A stretch of DNA of 64,000 bases, taken from assembly GCA_001304505.1 (NCBI GenBank), contig LJUQ01000001.1:855-64854 (forward strand), written 5' to 3'. Under the pieces are notes generated by a model, which was not told the DNA's origin, searched no databases, and saw only the letters and a program-made list of their open reading frames with translations. The stretch's first letter is position 1. Each line of letters begins with the position of its first letter. The position numbers were made by a program, and so were the translations under genes. Below, in pieces: positions 49,396-58,788 of this stretch. This DNA comes from Bacteroides sp. SM23_62_1. GTDB taxonomy: Bacteria > Bacteroidota > Bacteroidia > Bacteroidales > SM23-62.

Positions 49396-49463
49396 TATTT
49401 ACCCTTTTGGGAGACTGAAAAATGAATAATGATTGGTTTATTGATTGAGCGTTCCGTCAGATA

Positions 49464-49829
49464 TCAGAAGTACTGCGCTGGAGGAGCGTGATAGTTTAAC
49501 ACATAGTAGTGTTCTTTGACGGTAAATGTGGAGTTAAAATAAAAAACAACTTTTCGGATTATTGTTCCAGGAAATAATCCGAAAAGAAAAAAAACTAACA
49601 GGACTAACGGGTGACTGATAAGATCGAGCAGAATAAATTCACCTTTATTGTGATGATGTTCAGGATTGGTTTCACCGGCATTTTTATTATATGGATGGGC
49701 ATGAGAAATTTCAATATCACCTGTAAGAATATGTGTATGGGTGTTGACAGTTGCATTGGTTATCAACCAGACCAGAGCTGGTAATATGGACAGGATCAGG
49801 TATTTATACCGCTTATTGATGCAATGCAT
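49464..49829 (-). CDS. Small His-rich membrane protein
   Basis: 121 aa, two hydrophobic segments flanking HTHILTGDIEISHAHPYNKNAGETNPEHHHNKGE. First gene of the metal-uptake operon. Confidence 0.45.
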   Translation of the reverse strand: MHCINKRYKYLILSILPALVWLITNATVNTHTHILTGDIEISHAHPYNKNAGETNPEHHHNKGEFILLDLISHPLVLLVFFLFGLFPGTIIRKVVFYFNSTFTVKEHYYVLNYHAPPAQYF

Positions 49830-50015
49830 GACCGGCGGATATTTTCAATTCCATATAAATATATCAAAAAATAATGAACTATGGTATAATTAGATAAGGT
49901 GAAACAGGAACATTGGGAGCTCTGTTTCATTCATGAATAATTGTTATCTTACGGGGGACAAAAAATGATCCTGCAGAAATATGACAAACTAATAATTAAA
50001 CTGGAGGTATAATAC

Positions 50016-50978
50016 ATGATAAACGAAATCACAGCCCGGGAATTAAATCCCGAACAATTCATCAGTGAAAAAGTTAATGAAATACGTGAAACTGTTGGTA
50101 ATGGAATAGCTATCAATGCACTCTCAGGAGGTGTGGACTCATCGACGGTAACCATGCTTGGCCACAGGGCTCTTGGTGACCGGCTGAAAACAGTGTTTAT
50201 TGATAATAACCTGATGCGTGAGGGAGAGCCTGAAGCAGTTATCAATTCATTCAGGAAACTTGGAGTGAACGTAGAAATTGTTGATGCCAGGGAGGAATTT
50301 CTTACCGCTTTGAAAGGGATTACCGATCCTGAGGAGAAACGTGAAGCGGTTACCCAGACATTTTATAAAAAAGTTTTCGGTCGCATTGTGAAAGGAAGCG
50401 GGGCAAAATTTCTTCTTCAGGGAACTATTCTGACTGATGTAGATGAAACTGTTGCGGGCATCAAGCGTCAGCATAACGTTTTTGAACAACTCGGAATTGA
50501 TCCGCAGGAAGCTTTTGGTTACCGCATTCTGGAACCTCTTATTCAGCTTCGCAAGGATGGGGTGAGGATTATCGGGAAAGCTCTCGGCCTTCCGCAAGGG
50601 TCTTTTGACCGTATTCCCTTTCCTGGCCCTGCACTTGCGGCCAGAATTATCGGGGAAGTAACAAAAGAACGACTGGATACCGTGCGTAAAGCAACTACTA
50701 TTGTTGAAAAGCTCCTGGTTAATACGGGTGCTTTCCAGTATATGGCCATCCTTCACCAGGACCGGGTTACAGGAATGCGTGATAATAAACGTGATTATGG
50801 GCAACAGATTGAAGTACGCTGCTGGGACAGCATAGATGCACGTGTGGCGACACCCACACGGTTACCAATTGACCTGCTGGAAAAGCTTGCCGGGGAGATT
50901 TTGGAAAAGGTACCTGGTATTGTAAGCGTTACATATAATATTGCTCCCAAACCACCATCCACAATGGAGGTAGTGTAA
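50016..50978 (+). CDS. Stand-alone GMP synthase ATP-pyrophosphatase subunit (GuaA subunit B-like; no glutaminase domain)
   Basis: 320 aa. PP-loop SGGVDSS, DPEEKR, QGTILTD, FPGPALAARI, and a C-terminal dimerisation domain ending KPPSTMEVV. Confidence 0.8.
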   Translation: MINEITARELNPEQFISEKVNEIRETVGNGIAINALSGGVDSSTVTMLGHRALGDRLKTVFIDNNLMREGEPEAVINSFRKLGVNVEIVDAREEFLTALKGITDPEEKREAVTQTFYKKVFGRIVKGSGAKFLLQGTILTDVDETVAGIKRQHNVFEQLGIDPQEAFGYRILEPLIQLRKDGVRIIGKALGLPQGSFDRIPFPGPALAARIIGEVTKERLDTVRKATTIVEKLLVNTGAFQYMAILHQDRVTGMRDNKRDYGQQIEVRCWDSIDARVATPTRLPIDLLEKLAGEILEKVPGIVSVTYNIAPKPPSTMEVV

Positions 50979-51009
50979 TATTTATTTTTTTTATATTTGC
51001 GCACGCAAA

Positions 51010-51083
51010 GGGGCATTAGCTCAGTTGGCTAGAGCGCGTGACTGGCAGTCACGAGGTCAGCGGTTCGACCCCGCTATGCTCCA
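51010..51083 (+). tRNA. tRNA-Ala(GGC)
   Basis: Acceptor GGGGCAT / ATGCTCC with a G3:U70 wobble (Ala identity element). Anticodon stem CGTGA/TCACG with loop CTGGCAG. T-arm GGTTCGACCCC. CCA is not encoded. Confidence 0.9.
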
Positions 51084-51084
51084 C

Positions 51085-51125
51085 AAAGCCCAACAGCCGG
51101 AAAATTGTTGGGCTTTGTGTTTTCC
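51085..51125 (+). terminator. Rho-independent terminator after tRNA-Ala
   Basis: Perfect 11-bp stem aaagcccaaca / tgttgggcttt with a 10-nt loop, followed by gtgttttcc. Confidence 0.7.
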
Positions 51126-51420
51126 AACTTTCAGTTCAAACTGGGCGCGAACATAAAGTTAAGTTCGAAACTACAATTAACCTGGTTTATCAATATTCAC
51201 TCGCCCGTTGACTGCCAGTCAGCCGCTGGGCAGACAGGTTACCACGTAATAGAAAACATCTGAAATCAGATGATTCTGGCAGGATTTTTGCTTATATTTT
51301 ATTAGGAAAGAGAGGGTGGATTATGCAGTATAAAGTATTTTCCCGGATTAACTTTGTTCTCCGGATATATTGAATTTATATAGATATTTCATTATATTTA
51401 CCCGTTTAAATAATACAAAA

Positions 51421-52104
51421 ATGGTATCGAAAAAGACTGAAAAAGCAGACCTGGAAAAAAAGAAAGGAGTCTTTCTTCAGATAGGGCTGGTCATTGTACT
51501 GGCAATTATTCTCGTTGCTTTTGAATGGACCAGCAGGCCAAATACTTTGAACACCTTGGGTGAACTGGCAGACCTTGATCTTACAGAAGAAATTATTCCA
51601 ATAACAAGGCAACAGGAAATAAAACCACCTCCGCCACCTGCTCCTCCAAAGGTCACCGAAGTTCTGAATATCGTTGAAGATGATGTACAGATTGAAGACG
51701 AGCTGATCATTGAGGATGCTGAAGCCGACCAGCAGATGCAGATAGATATTATTGAGTTCAGCGAGGAAGAAGAAGTTGTGGAAGAAGAAGTTTTCTTCAT
51801 TGTAGAGGATATGCCCAGTTTTCAGGGCAAGGGACAGGAAGGATTCCGTGAATGGATAGCACAGAATCTCCGGTATCCTGAGATCGCCGCAGAAAATGGG
51901 ATCAGCGGTAAAGTATATGTTCAGTTTGCTGTGAACTCGAAAGGTGAAGTAGTAGATGCAATGGTTGTCAGGGGAGTTGATCCTGCCCTCGATAAGGAAG
52001 CCATCAGGGTGGTTATGTCTTCTCCCAAATGGGAGCCGGGTAAACAAAGAGGGAAACCGGTTAAAGTGCAGTTTACCTTCCCGATTAATTTCGTTTTACA
52101 GTAA
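51421..52104 (+). CDS. TonB-family energy transducer
   Basis: N-terminal TM anchor, a Pro-rich spacer (KPPPPPAPPK), an acidic linker and a C-terminal TonB domain (GISGKVYVQFAV...V...F). The ATG at 51421 is preferred. Confidence 0.85.
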   Translation: MVSKKTEKADLEKKKGVFLQIGLVIVLAIILVAFEWTSRPNTLNTLGELADLDLTEEIIPITRQQEIKPPPPPAPPKVTEVLNIVEDDVQIEDELIIEDAEADQQMQIDIIEFSEEEEVVEEEVFFIVEDMPSFQGKGQEGFREWIAQNLRYPEIAAENGISGKVYVQFAVNSKGEVVDAMVVRGVDPALDKEAIRVVMSSPKWEPGKQRGKPVKVQFTFPINFVLQ

Positions 52105-52183
52105 TTATTAAGATATTAGAAAGAAACCCTGGTGATATATCGGGGTTTTTTTTTATTTTTAGAATAATTATAATTCGAATACC

Positions 52184-53356
52184 ATGAAAAGAATTGCTTA
52201 TCTTTTAATCCTGGCAATCATTCTTTCATCCTGTGCTTCCTCAAAAAAACTTATGGAGAAAGGCAACTATGATGCTGCCATCAACAAAGCGGTGAAGCAA
52301 TTAAGGAAGAAGCCTGATGACTCAAAAGAAGCAGAAATTCTTGACCGTTGTTACAGGATAGCCAATGAGAGGGATCTTGAGCGCATTAAATTTCTGAAAC
52401 TGGAGAATAATCCCAACAATTATGATGAGATTTTCACGCTTTATTCAAGCTTAAAGAACCGCCAGAGTATGGTTCGGACAGTACTGCCGATTAATCTGAA
52501 TGGACGATACATTGAATATGAATATGTGGATTATGATGCCGAGATTGTAACGGCCAAAGGCCTGGCAGCGGATTATTTTTATGAGAATGCCCAGAAACTG
52601 ATGAAACTCGACACCAAGGAAGCATATCGACAGGCATATGATGAACTTGGAAAAGCCAGTGAATATTCCGGAGGTCAGTTTCCCAACCTGGACAACATGA
52701 TGGAAGAGTGCAGGGTAAAGGGGATGAGTCGTGCAATTGTCCTTGTAAACAATATGACTGTTCTGAATATTGATCCCCTGTTCGAAGAAGATCTCCTGGA
52801 AATCAATACGGATAACCTGGAATCTCAATGGGTAGAATATCATTTCAGACACCTCAACGAAGATATTAATTATGATTATACGATATATGTAAACCTGGAA
52901 TCTATTGTAGTCTCCCCTGATAATGTAAAAGAAACAGACAAGATGTATAATAAAAAAGTGGAAGATGGTTTTGAATATGTCCTTGATGCACGTGGTAATG
53001 TTATGAAAGATACTGCAGGGAATGACATTAAAATTCCAAAATATAAAACATTATCCTGTACAGTAATTGAGACAGAACAATTAAAAAGTGTCAGGATAGA
53101 TGGCAATGTTGAATTTTTATCCAATAATCCCAGGAAGCTTATTAAGAGAGAGCCAATTGGTGCCGAGAATGTGTTCAATCATCGTTCAGCCCGGGCAGTT
53201 GGAGATGTGAATGCATTGGATGAAGAGGCTCAGCAACTTATTAAATCGGAATTTATTCCTTTTCCAACAGACATGGAAATGATCTTCAATACAACCCAAA
53301 CACTCAAACCCGCCATTCAGGATGCACTTTACAGGAACAGAAGAGTCATACTCTAG
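52184..53356 (+). CDS. Hypothetical lipoprotein
   Basis: 390 aa with the lipobox ILSSC. No recognisable catalytic motif. Confidence 0.55.
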   Translation: MKRIAYLLILAIILSSCASSKKLMEKGNYDAAINKAVKQLRKKPDDSKEAEILDRCYRIANERDLERIKFLKLENNPNNYDEIFTLYSSLKNRQSMVRTVLPINLNGRYIEYEYVDYDAEIVTAKGLAADYFYENAQKLMKLDTKEAYRQAYDELGKASEYSGGQFPNLDNMMEECRVKGMSRAIVLVNNMTVLNIDPLFEEDLLEINTDNLESQWVEYHFRHLNEDINYDYTIYVNLESIVVSPDNVKETDKMYNKKVEDGFEYVLDARGNVMKDTAGNDIKIPKYKTLSCTVIETEQLKSVRIDGNVEFLSNNPRKLIKREPIGAENVFNHRSARAVGDVNALDEEAQQLIKSEFIPFPTDMEMIFNTTQTLKPAIQDALYRNRRVIL

Positions 53357-53428
53357 TATGGGTAGGCGATTTCTATAAGAAACCTGGTTCTAACAAGACC
53401 ACAGGATTTTAAGAAGGAGTAACTGAAG

Positions 53429-54622
53429 ATGCATGAACCGGTTATTACAAAACCGAAAATTGAAACGGCAATTCTTATCGGCGTTGTTGATAATTCAAAT
53501 GATGAGCAACTTGTCCGGGAATATCTGGATGAGCTGGCTTTTCTAGCAATTACTGCAGGAGTAGAACCTGTGGGCAGATTTACCCAGAAGCTGGAATACC
53601 CCAATCCAAGAACTTTTGTCGGAACAGGTAAGCTTCAGGAAATCAGGGATTTTGTCATTAAGAAGAAAATTGATCTTGTCATATTCGATGATGAATTATC
53701 AGCCAGCCAGATTAGAAATATTGAACGGGAACTGAATTGCAGAATCCTTGACCGGACAAATCTGATCCTTGACATTTTTGCGACAAGAGCAAAGACAGCA
53801 CATGCTAAAACCCAGGTTGAACTGGCACAATACCAGTATCTTCTTCCACGCCTAGCCGGGTTGTGGACCCACCTTGAAAGACAGAGGGGAGGTATTGGCC
53901 TCAGAGGACCCGGTGAAACAGAAATTGAAACAGACAGAAGGGTAATCCGCGACAGAATCGCCAAACTGAAAGATGATCTGGAAAAAATTGACATACAAAA
54001 AAAGACGCAACGACAAAACAGGGGGAAAATGGTTCGGGTGGCGCTGGTTGGATATACAAATGTCGGCAAATCAACCCTGATGAATGTCTTGAGTAAATCG
54101 GATGTTTTTGCTGAGGATAAACTATTTGCAACACTTGATACAACGGTCAGAAAAGTTGTGGTTGAAAACCTCCCCTTCCTGATCTCGGATACCGTAGGAT
54201 TTATTAGAAAACTGCCGCACTCTCTGGTGGAATCCTTTAAATCAACACTGGATGAGGTCAGGGAATCAGATATTCTCCTTCATGTGGTGGATATTTCCCA
54301 TCCCAATTTTGAAGAACAGGTTGAGATTGTTCAGCAAACCCTTTATGAAATTAATGCCAATGATAAACCGGTAATACTCGTATTTAATAAAATTGATGCC
54401 TTTCATTATATTTTGAAAGAATTTGATGACCTTACACCTTTAACAAAGGAAAATCTTAGCCTCGAAGACCTCAAACGTACATGGATGGCACGATGTAATG
54501 GCACATGCGTTTTTATCTCCGCAAAGCACAAAGAAAACATCGAAACTATTAAGGACCTGTTGTACGAAAAGGTTAAAGAAATCCACATACAGCGGTATCC
54601 CTATGATGATTTCTTATACTGA
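53429..54622 (+). CDS. hflX: GTPase HflX
   Basis: 397 aa. HflX N-domain, GGIGLRGPGETEIETDRR, G1 GYTNVGKST, G3 DTVGF and G4 NKID. Confidence 0.9.
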   Translation: MHEPVITKPKIETAILIGVVDNSNDEQLVREYLDELAFLAITAGVEPVGRFTQKLEYPNPRTFVGTGKLQEIRDFVIKKKIDLVIFDDELSASQIRNIERELNCRILDRTNLILDIFATRAKTAHAKTQVELAQYQYLLPRLAGLWTHLERQRGGIGLRGPGETEIETDRRVIRDRIAKLKDDLEKIDIQKKTQRQNRGKMVRVALVGYTNVGKSTLMNVLSKSDVFAEDKLFATLDTTVRKVVVENLPFLISDTVGFIRKLPHSLVESFKSTLDEVRESDILLHVVDISHPNFEEQVEIVQQTLYEINANDKPVILVFNKIDAFHYILKEFDDLTPLTKENLSLEDLKRTWMARCNGTCVFISAKHKENIETIKDLLYEKVKEIHIQRYPYDDFLY

Positions 54623-54705
54623 TTAGTGAACAGCGGAGTGTCTAAGAACCTTTAAAGATCGATTAAAACAAATTTTTGAAACAACTATAGGGACGAGATT
54701 TACGG

Positions 54706-54761
54706 ACTCATCCCTTTTTTGGTTCCCCTTCTCTCTTGAGAGAGGGGGGCAGGGGGCGAGT
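54706..54761. repeat. Nested palindromic repeat, copy 4
   Basis: actcatcccttttttggttccccttctctcttgagagaggggggcagggggcgag. Co-linear with copy 1. Lies between the convergent hflX and asd genes. Confidence 0.7.
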
Positions 54762-54801
54762 CCGGAGAGAAGAAAATAATAGAGATTTTTTGGTACTGTT
54801 A

Positions 54802-55791
54802 TTATAACATCCCCTTCTCCACCAGATACTCCGCTATCTGAATGGCATTTGTGGCAGCACCTTTTCTGAGATTATCCGATACAACCCAGAAATTCAGGCA
54901 TTTCTCCCTTGATTCATCCCTTCGGATCCTGCCAACAAACACTTCATCTTTACCTTCCGCACTACATGGCATGGGATATATATTTTTTGAAGGATCATCC
55001 TGAACAACCACACCGGGAGCGTTTGAAAGAAGTTTGTAAATATCATCCAGGTTAAAATCATTTTCAAATTCAACATTCACAGCTTCCGAATGTCCTCCTA
55101 CCACAGGAACACGAACGGTAGTAGCCGTAACCTGGATGCTGTAGTCATCAAAGATTTTCCTCGTCTCATTCACCATTTTCATTTCTTCTTTTGTATACCC
55201 GTTATCCAGGAAAACATCACATTGAGGAATACAATTCTTATCTATTCTGTGTGGGTATGCCATGACATCCTGTATGCCTGCACGCTCATTCTCGAGCTGA
55301 CGGACTGCTTTTACACCTGTTCCTGTCACTGACTGATAGGTTGAGACGACTATTCTTTTTATCCTGTATTTGAAGTGCAGCGGTGCAAGTGCCATGACCA
55401 TCTGGATGGTTGAACAATTGGGATTTGCAATGATCTTATCTTCAGCGGTTAATACATGACCATTAATTTCCGGGACAACCAGCTTTTTTGTCTTATCCAT
55501 GCGCCATGCCGAAGAGTTATCCACTACTGTGGTTCCCACTTTTGCATACTCCGGCGCCCATTGAAGTGAGGTCTGACCTCCTGCAGAAAAAATTGCCAGG
55601 GCAGGCCGTTTTTCAATCGACTCGGGGATACCAATAACTTTATGCTTTTTGTTTAAAAATTCCACCTCTTTACCTACCGATTTTTCCGATGCAACTGGAT
55701 AAAGGGTTGTAACCGGGAAGTTTCTTTCCTCAAGAACTTTGAGCATCACCTGGCCGACAAGGCCGGTTGCACCAACGACTGCAACTTTCAT
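54802..55791 (-). CDS. asd: Aspartate-semialdehyde dehydrogenase
   Basis: 329 aa. MKVAVVGATGLVGQ N-terminus, active-site NPNCSTIQ and a GAATNAIQIAE C-terminal motif. Confidence 0.95.
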   Translation of the reverse strand: MKVAVVGATGLVGQVMLKVLEERNFPVTTLYPVASEKSVGKEVEFLNKKHKVIGIPESIEKRPALAIFSAGGQTSLQWAPEYAKVGTTVVDNSSAWRMDKTKKLVVPEINGHVLTAEDKIIANPNCSTIQMVMALAPLHFKYRIKRIVVSTYQSVTGTGVKAVRQLENERAGIQDVMAYPHRIDKNCIPQCDVFLDNGYTKEEMKMVNETRKIFDDYSIQVTATTVRVPVVGGHSEAVNVEFENDFNLDDIYKLLSNAPGVVVQDDPSKNIYPMPCSAEGKDEVFVGRIRRDESREKCLNFWVVSDNLRKGAATNAIQIAEYLVEKGML

Positions 55792-56025
55792 TCTTTGATA
55801 CTTTAATTTGGTTAATAATTTGGCTAAGCTGATTAAAATATTGATATTGAGCTATTTGCAGAGCCGACCAGTATTTCAGATAACACTGCAAAAGCATAGA
55901 ACTATCTATCTGTCATTCCTTAATTGTTGGCACCGCATAATAAGTTATAAGTTAAAAACTGTAAGAAAAATATCGATTTTTCTTATAAAAATTTAAGAGT
56001 GCAAAAATTATAATAATATTTTGAA

Positions 56026-57861
56026 ATGAAAAGAGTGATAATAATTTTTTTTCAATTTTCTGTTTTTTGTGCCGGTCAGTTGTATATTGACTATGAACAA
56101 ACCGTTTCTGTGGGTAAATCCAGCCAATTTCATGGTATAAACGAAATGGATCATAAAGGTATTAGTTCAATCCCGGGAGGATATGATTTTATTGGTTATA
56201 TACCTCAAAAAAACGATGTGGTTATCAGCGAGATCATGTCCGATCCCTCACCCGCTGTGGGATTACCTGAATATGAATACATAGAGTTATTCAATCGTTC
56301 CGATTATCACATTAACGTGAATGGGTGGGCCATCGAATGTGGAAAAACAGTAAAGAAATTTCCTGATATTATCATTCCTTCCGGAGAATTCTTACTGCTG
56401 GTTCATGAAGATGCTGAAGAAATGTTCATCATGTGGGGGGATTGTGTTCCATTATTTACATCACGAACAAGCATCCCGAACAATGGTGTATTAATTAAGC
56501 TCTACGATCAAAAAGGTATACTGATCTGCTGGGAGGAATATAGTGATGACTGGTACACTAATACATATTACAGGTCAGGTGGATGGTCAATTGAAAAAAT
56601 AGATCCGGAAAGATTCTGCGGAGGAAAAAATAACTGGAAGGAATCCGTTGATTTAGCAGGAGGCACACCTGGGAGTTTAAACTCGGTAAATGGAGTGAAT
56701 CCTGACACGATCAGGCCAGTAATATCTTATACAGAAATCCCTGAAGATCTTACAATCAGGATTGTTTTCAATGAACCAATGGATAGTTCAACACAGTGTA
56801 TACACCATTATTTTCTTCTTGATCATGATATTGGTTATCCCTCGGAAATCATGTTATATCCCCCCGGGTACCAATCTGTATTATTAAAATTAAGTAAGCC
56901 TTTAAGCCCGGGTATGGTTTATCAGCTTACAGTATCGGATGAGCTAAGGGATTGTGCCGGGAATAAACTTCGTGCCACTGAATCTGTTAAAATTGGAATG
57001 CCTGAATTTCCTGTAAATGGAGATATCCTTATTTCAGAGATCATGTTTGATCCGTTACCCGGGAATGTTGAATTTCTTGAATTATATAATCATTCGGGAA
57101 AAATTATCGATCTGGGCTGTCTTATTATTGCCATGAGAGATCAACAAACCGGTATGATTTCTTCCTGGGTTCCTGTTTATGAAGGGAACAGGTTATTTTT
57201 CCCGGGGGAATTTCTTCTGCTTACTTCAGATATTTACCGTATGATGTCAGGATACAGGATAACAGGAGGGACACTGATTGAAGTACAAGATTTACCCTCT
57301 TTTAATAATAATCAGGGTATTGTGGTAATATTCGATAAATGGTTAAATATTATTGATGAATTTGAATATCACCAGAAGATGCATTTCCCATTGTTAACCC
57401 TGACAAAGGGGATTTCTTTGGAAAGGATTAGTTATGATTCCCCTTCCGATGAACCCGGCAACTGGCATTCTGCTGCTGAGAGTGCAGGATTTTCCACACC
57501 GGGATACATCAATTCTCAATCTGCTGAAAGTGTTGCTCTGTATACGGGCATAAGAATCGCACCGGAAATATTTACACCTGATAATAATGGCAGGGATGAT
57601 CTAGTAAATATTTATTATTCCTTTGACTCCCCGGGAAATTTGATCAGTATCTGGATATTTGATTCGTCAGGCCGGATCATCAGAAGACTTGCAAATAATC
57701 AATTCGTTGGCTTAAAGGGCAGCATAAGCTGGGATGGGATTGATGACCATGGACAACGAGCCGGATTGGGTATTTATCTGTTTTTAATCAGGATTTTTGA
57801 TCTGGAAGGGAGGGTAAGGGAATTCAAACGGACATGTGTATTGTCCGTGGGAGGTAAATAA
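56026..57861 (+). CDS. Secreted protein with two lamin-tail domains (LTD) and a FlgD-Ig/T9SS-like C-terminal domain
   Basis: 611 aa. Two copies of the ISEIM.DP...E(Y/F)(I/L)ELYN LTD motif. C-terminus FTPDNNGRDD...SWDG.DDHG...GIYLF. Confidence 0.7.
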   Translation: MKRVIIIFFQFSVFCAGQLYIDYEQTVSVGKSSQFHGINEMDHKGISSIPGGYDFIGYIPQKNDVVISEIMSDPSPAVGLPEYEYIELFNRSDYHINVNGWAIECGKTVKKFPDIIIPSGEFLLLVHEDAEEMFIMWGDCVPLFTSRTSIPNNGVLIKLYDQKGILICWEEYSDDWYTNTYYRSGGWSIEKIDPERFCGGKNNWKESVDLAGGTPGSLNSVNGVNPDTIRPVISYTEIPEDLTIRIVFNEPMDSSTQCIHHYFLLDHDIGYPSEIMLYPPGYQSVLLKLSKPLSPGMVYQLTVSDELRDCAGNKLRATESVKIGMPEFPVNGDILISEIMFDPLPGNVEFLELYNHSGKIIDLGCLIIAMRDQQTGMISSWVPVYEGNRLFFPGEFLLLTSDIYRMMSGYRITGGTLIEVQDLPSFNNNQGIVVIFDKWLNIIDEFEYHQKMHFPLLTLTKGISLERISYDSPSDEPGNWHSAAESAGFSTPGYINSQSAESVALYTGIRIAPEIFTPDNNGRDDLVNIYYSFDSPGNLISIWIFDSSGRIIRRLANNQFVGLKGSISWDGIDDHGQRAGLGIYLFLIRIFDLEGRVREFKRTCVLSVGGK

Positions 57862-57887
57862 TTGTAAGGGTAGTGTGTGAAAAATTG

Positions 57888-57954
57888 TTTCACCCCCCTC
57901 TGTGTTTCCGACTGCAAGCGTAGGGAGATGGATACTTCGGGGATAGGGGGAGTC
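57888..57954. repeat. Variant of the C-rich/G-rich palindromic repeat, copy 5
   Basis: The outer arms cacccccctc ... ggataggggg agt resemble the family termini, but the interior differs. Confidence 0.45.
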
Positions 57955-57978
57955 TGAAAAAAATATCAGAAGAAGATT

Positions 57979-58788
57979 TTATAAGCCGGTAATCAGTTCC
58001 TTCATGATGAGTGTCATTTTTGGTTCAGCTTCACCGGCAACTTTTTGAACGTCTTCAATTGTTACCTTTACAATTTTATCTGGTATACCGAGATCAGTAA
58101 TAATTGAAATTGCAAAACATATTATTCCCATCTGGTGAGCAACAATAATTTCGGGAACTGTGGACATGCCCACCGTATCTCCGCCGATTGATCTGAAGTA
58201 TTCGTATTCTTTTGGAGTTTCAAGGGTAGGACCGGTAGTTGCAACATAACAGCCCTGTTGAATGCGGATGTTATTTTTCTGTGCAATGGTTACTGCTTTC
58301 CTGATCAAATCTTTATCATATGTGTCGCTCATATCAGGGAACCTTGCCCCAAATTCAGGGTAATGTTTACCAATGAGTGGATTGGGGATCAGGTTTATAT
58401 GATCATTGATGATCATCAGGTCACCAATTGAATATGCCGGATTCACACCTCCGCTGGCATTTGATACAAACAGGTAACGAATTCCAAGATATTTCATGAT
58501 TCTGACCGGAAAGGTAACCTGCTGGGGAGAATAACCTTCATAATAATGGAAACGCCCCTGCATGGCAATAACCTTTCGGTCATTTATTGTTCCAAATATC
58601 AGTTTTCCATGATGACCTTCAACAGTTGATACCGGAAAATGCGGGATTTTCTCATATTCAATAATATGTTGCTGTTGGATTTCTTTTACCATTCCCCCGA
58701 GACCTGTCCCGAGAATAATACCAACTTCAGGTTGAATTAATATTCTTTCTTTTAAAAAGGATACTGTTTCTTTTATTGTCTCTAACAT
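57979..58788 (-). CDS. Purine nucleoside phosphorylase (PNP family I, inosine/guanosine type)
   Basis: 269 aa. GIILGTGLGG phosphate loop, MQGRFHYYEG and VGMSTVPE motifs. Confidence 0.9.
   Translation of the reverse strand: MLETIKETVSFLKERILIQPEVGIILGTGLGGMVKEIQQQHIIEYEKIPHFPVSTVEGHHGKLIFGTINDRKVIAMQGRFHYYEGYSPQQVTFPVRIMKYLGIRYLFVSNASGGVNPAYSIGDLMIINDHINLIPNPLIGKHYPEFGARFPDMSDTYDKDLIRKAVTIAQKNNIRIQQGCYVATTGPTLETPKEYEYFRSIGGDTVGMSTVPEIIVAHQMGIICFAISIITDLGIPDKIVKVTIEDVQKVAGEAEPKMTLIMKELITGL

Noticed and set aside
49925-49950. Possible Fur/Zur operator (catgaataattgttatc) in the divergent promoter region of the metal operon
   Set aside because: It has only partial dyad symmetry and a weak resemblance to Fur/Zur boxes. 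I cannot score it without a clade-specific matrix, so I do not call it.
50247-50804. 185-aa minus-strand ORF, plus neighbouring minus-strand ORFs at 49949..50245 and 50795..51016
   Set aside because: All of them overlap the GMP-synthase-like gene, whose motifs (PP-loop, C-terminal dimerisation domain) are clear on the plus strand.
51196-51216. tgactgccagtca segment resembling the tRNA-Ala anticodon stem-loop, considered as a possible att-site remnant of an integrated element
   Set aside because: The similarity is limited to about 13 nt of a self-complementary sequence. There is no integrase, no direct repeat of the tRNA 3' end and no foreign gene content downstream.
51406-52047. 213-aa minus-strand ORF, plus a 107-aa ORF at 51477..51800
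   Set aside because: They lie antisense to the TonB gene. The Ser-rich or Phe-rich translations arise from the complement of the acidic/Pro-rich linker.
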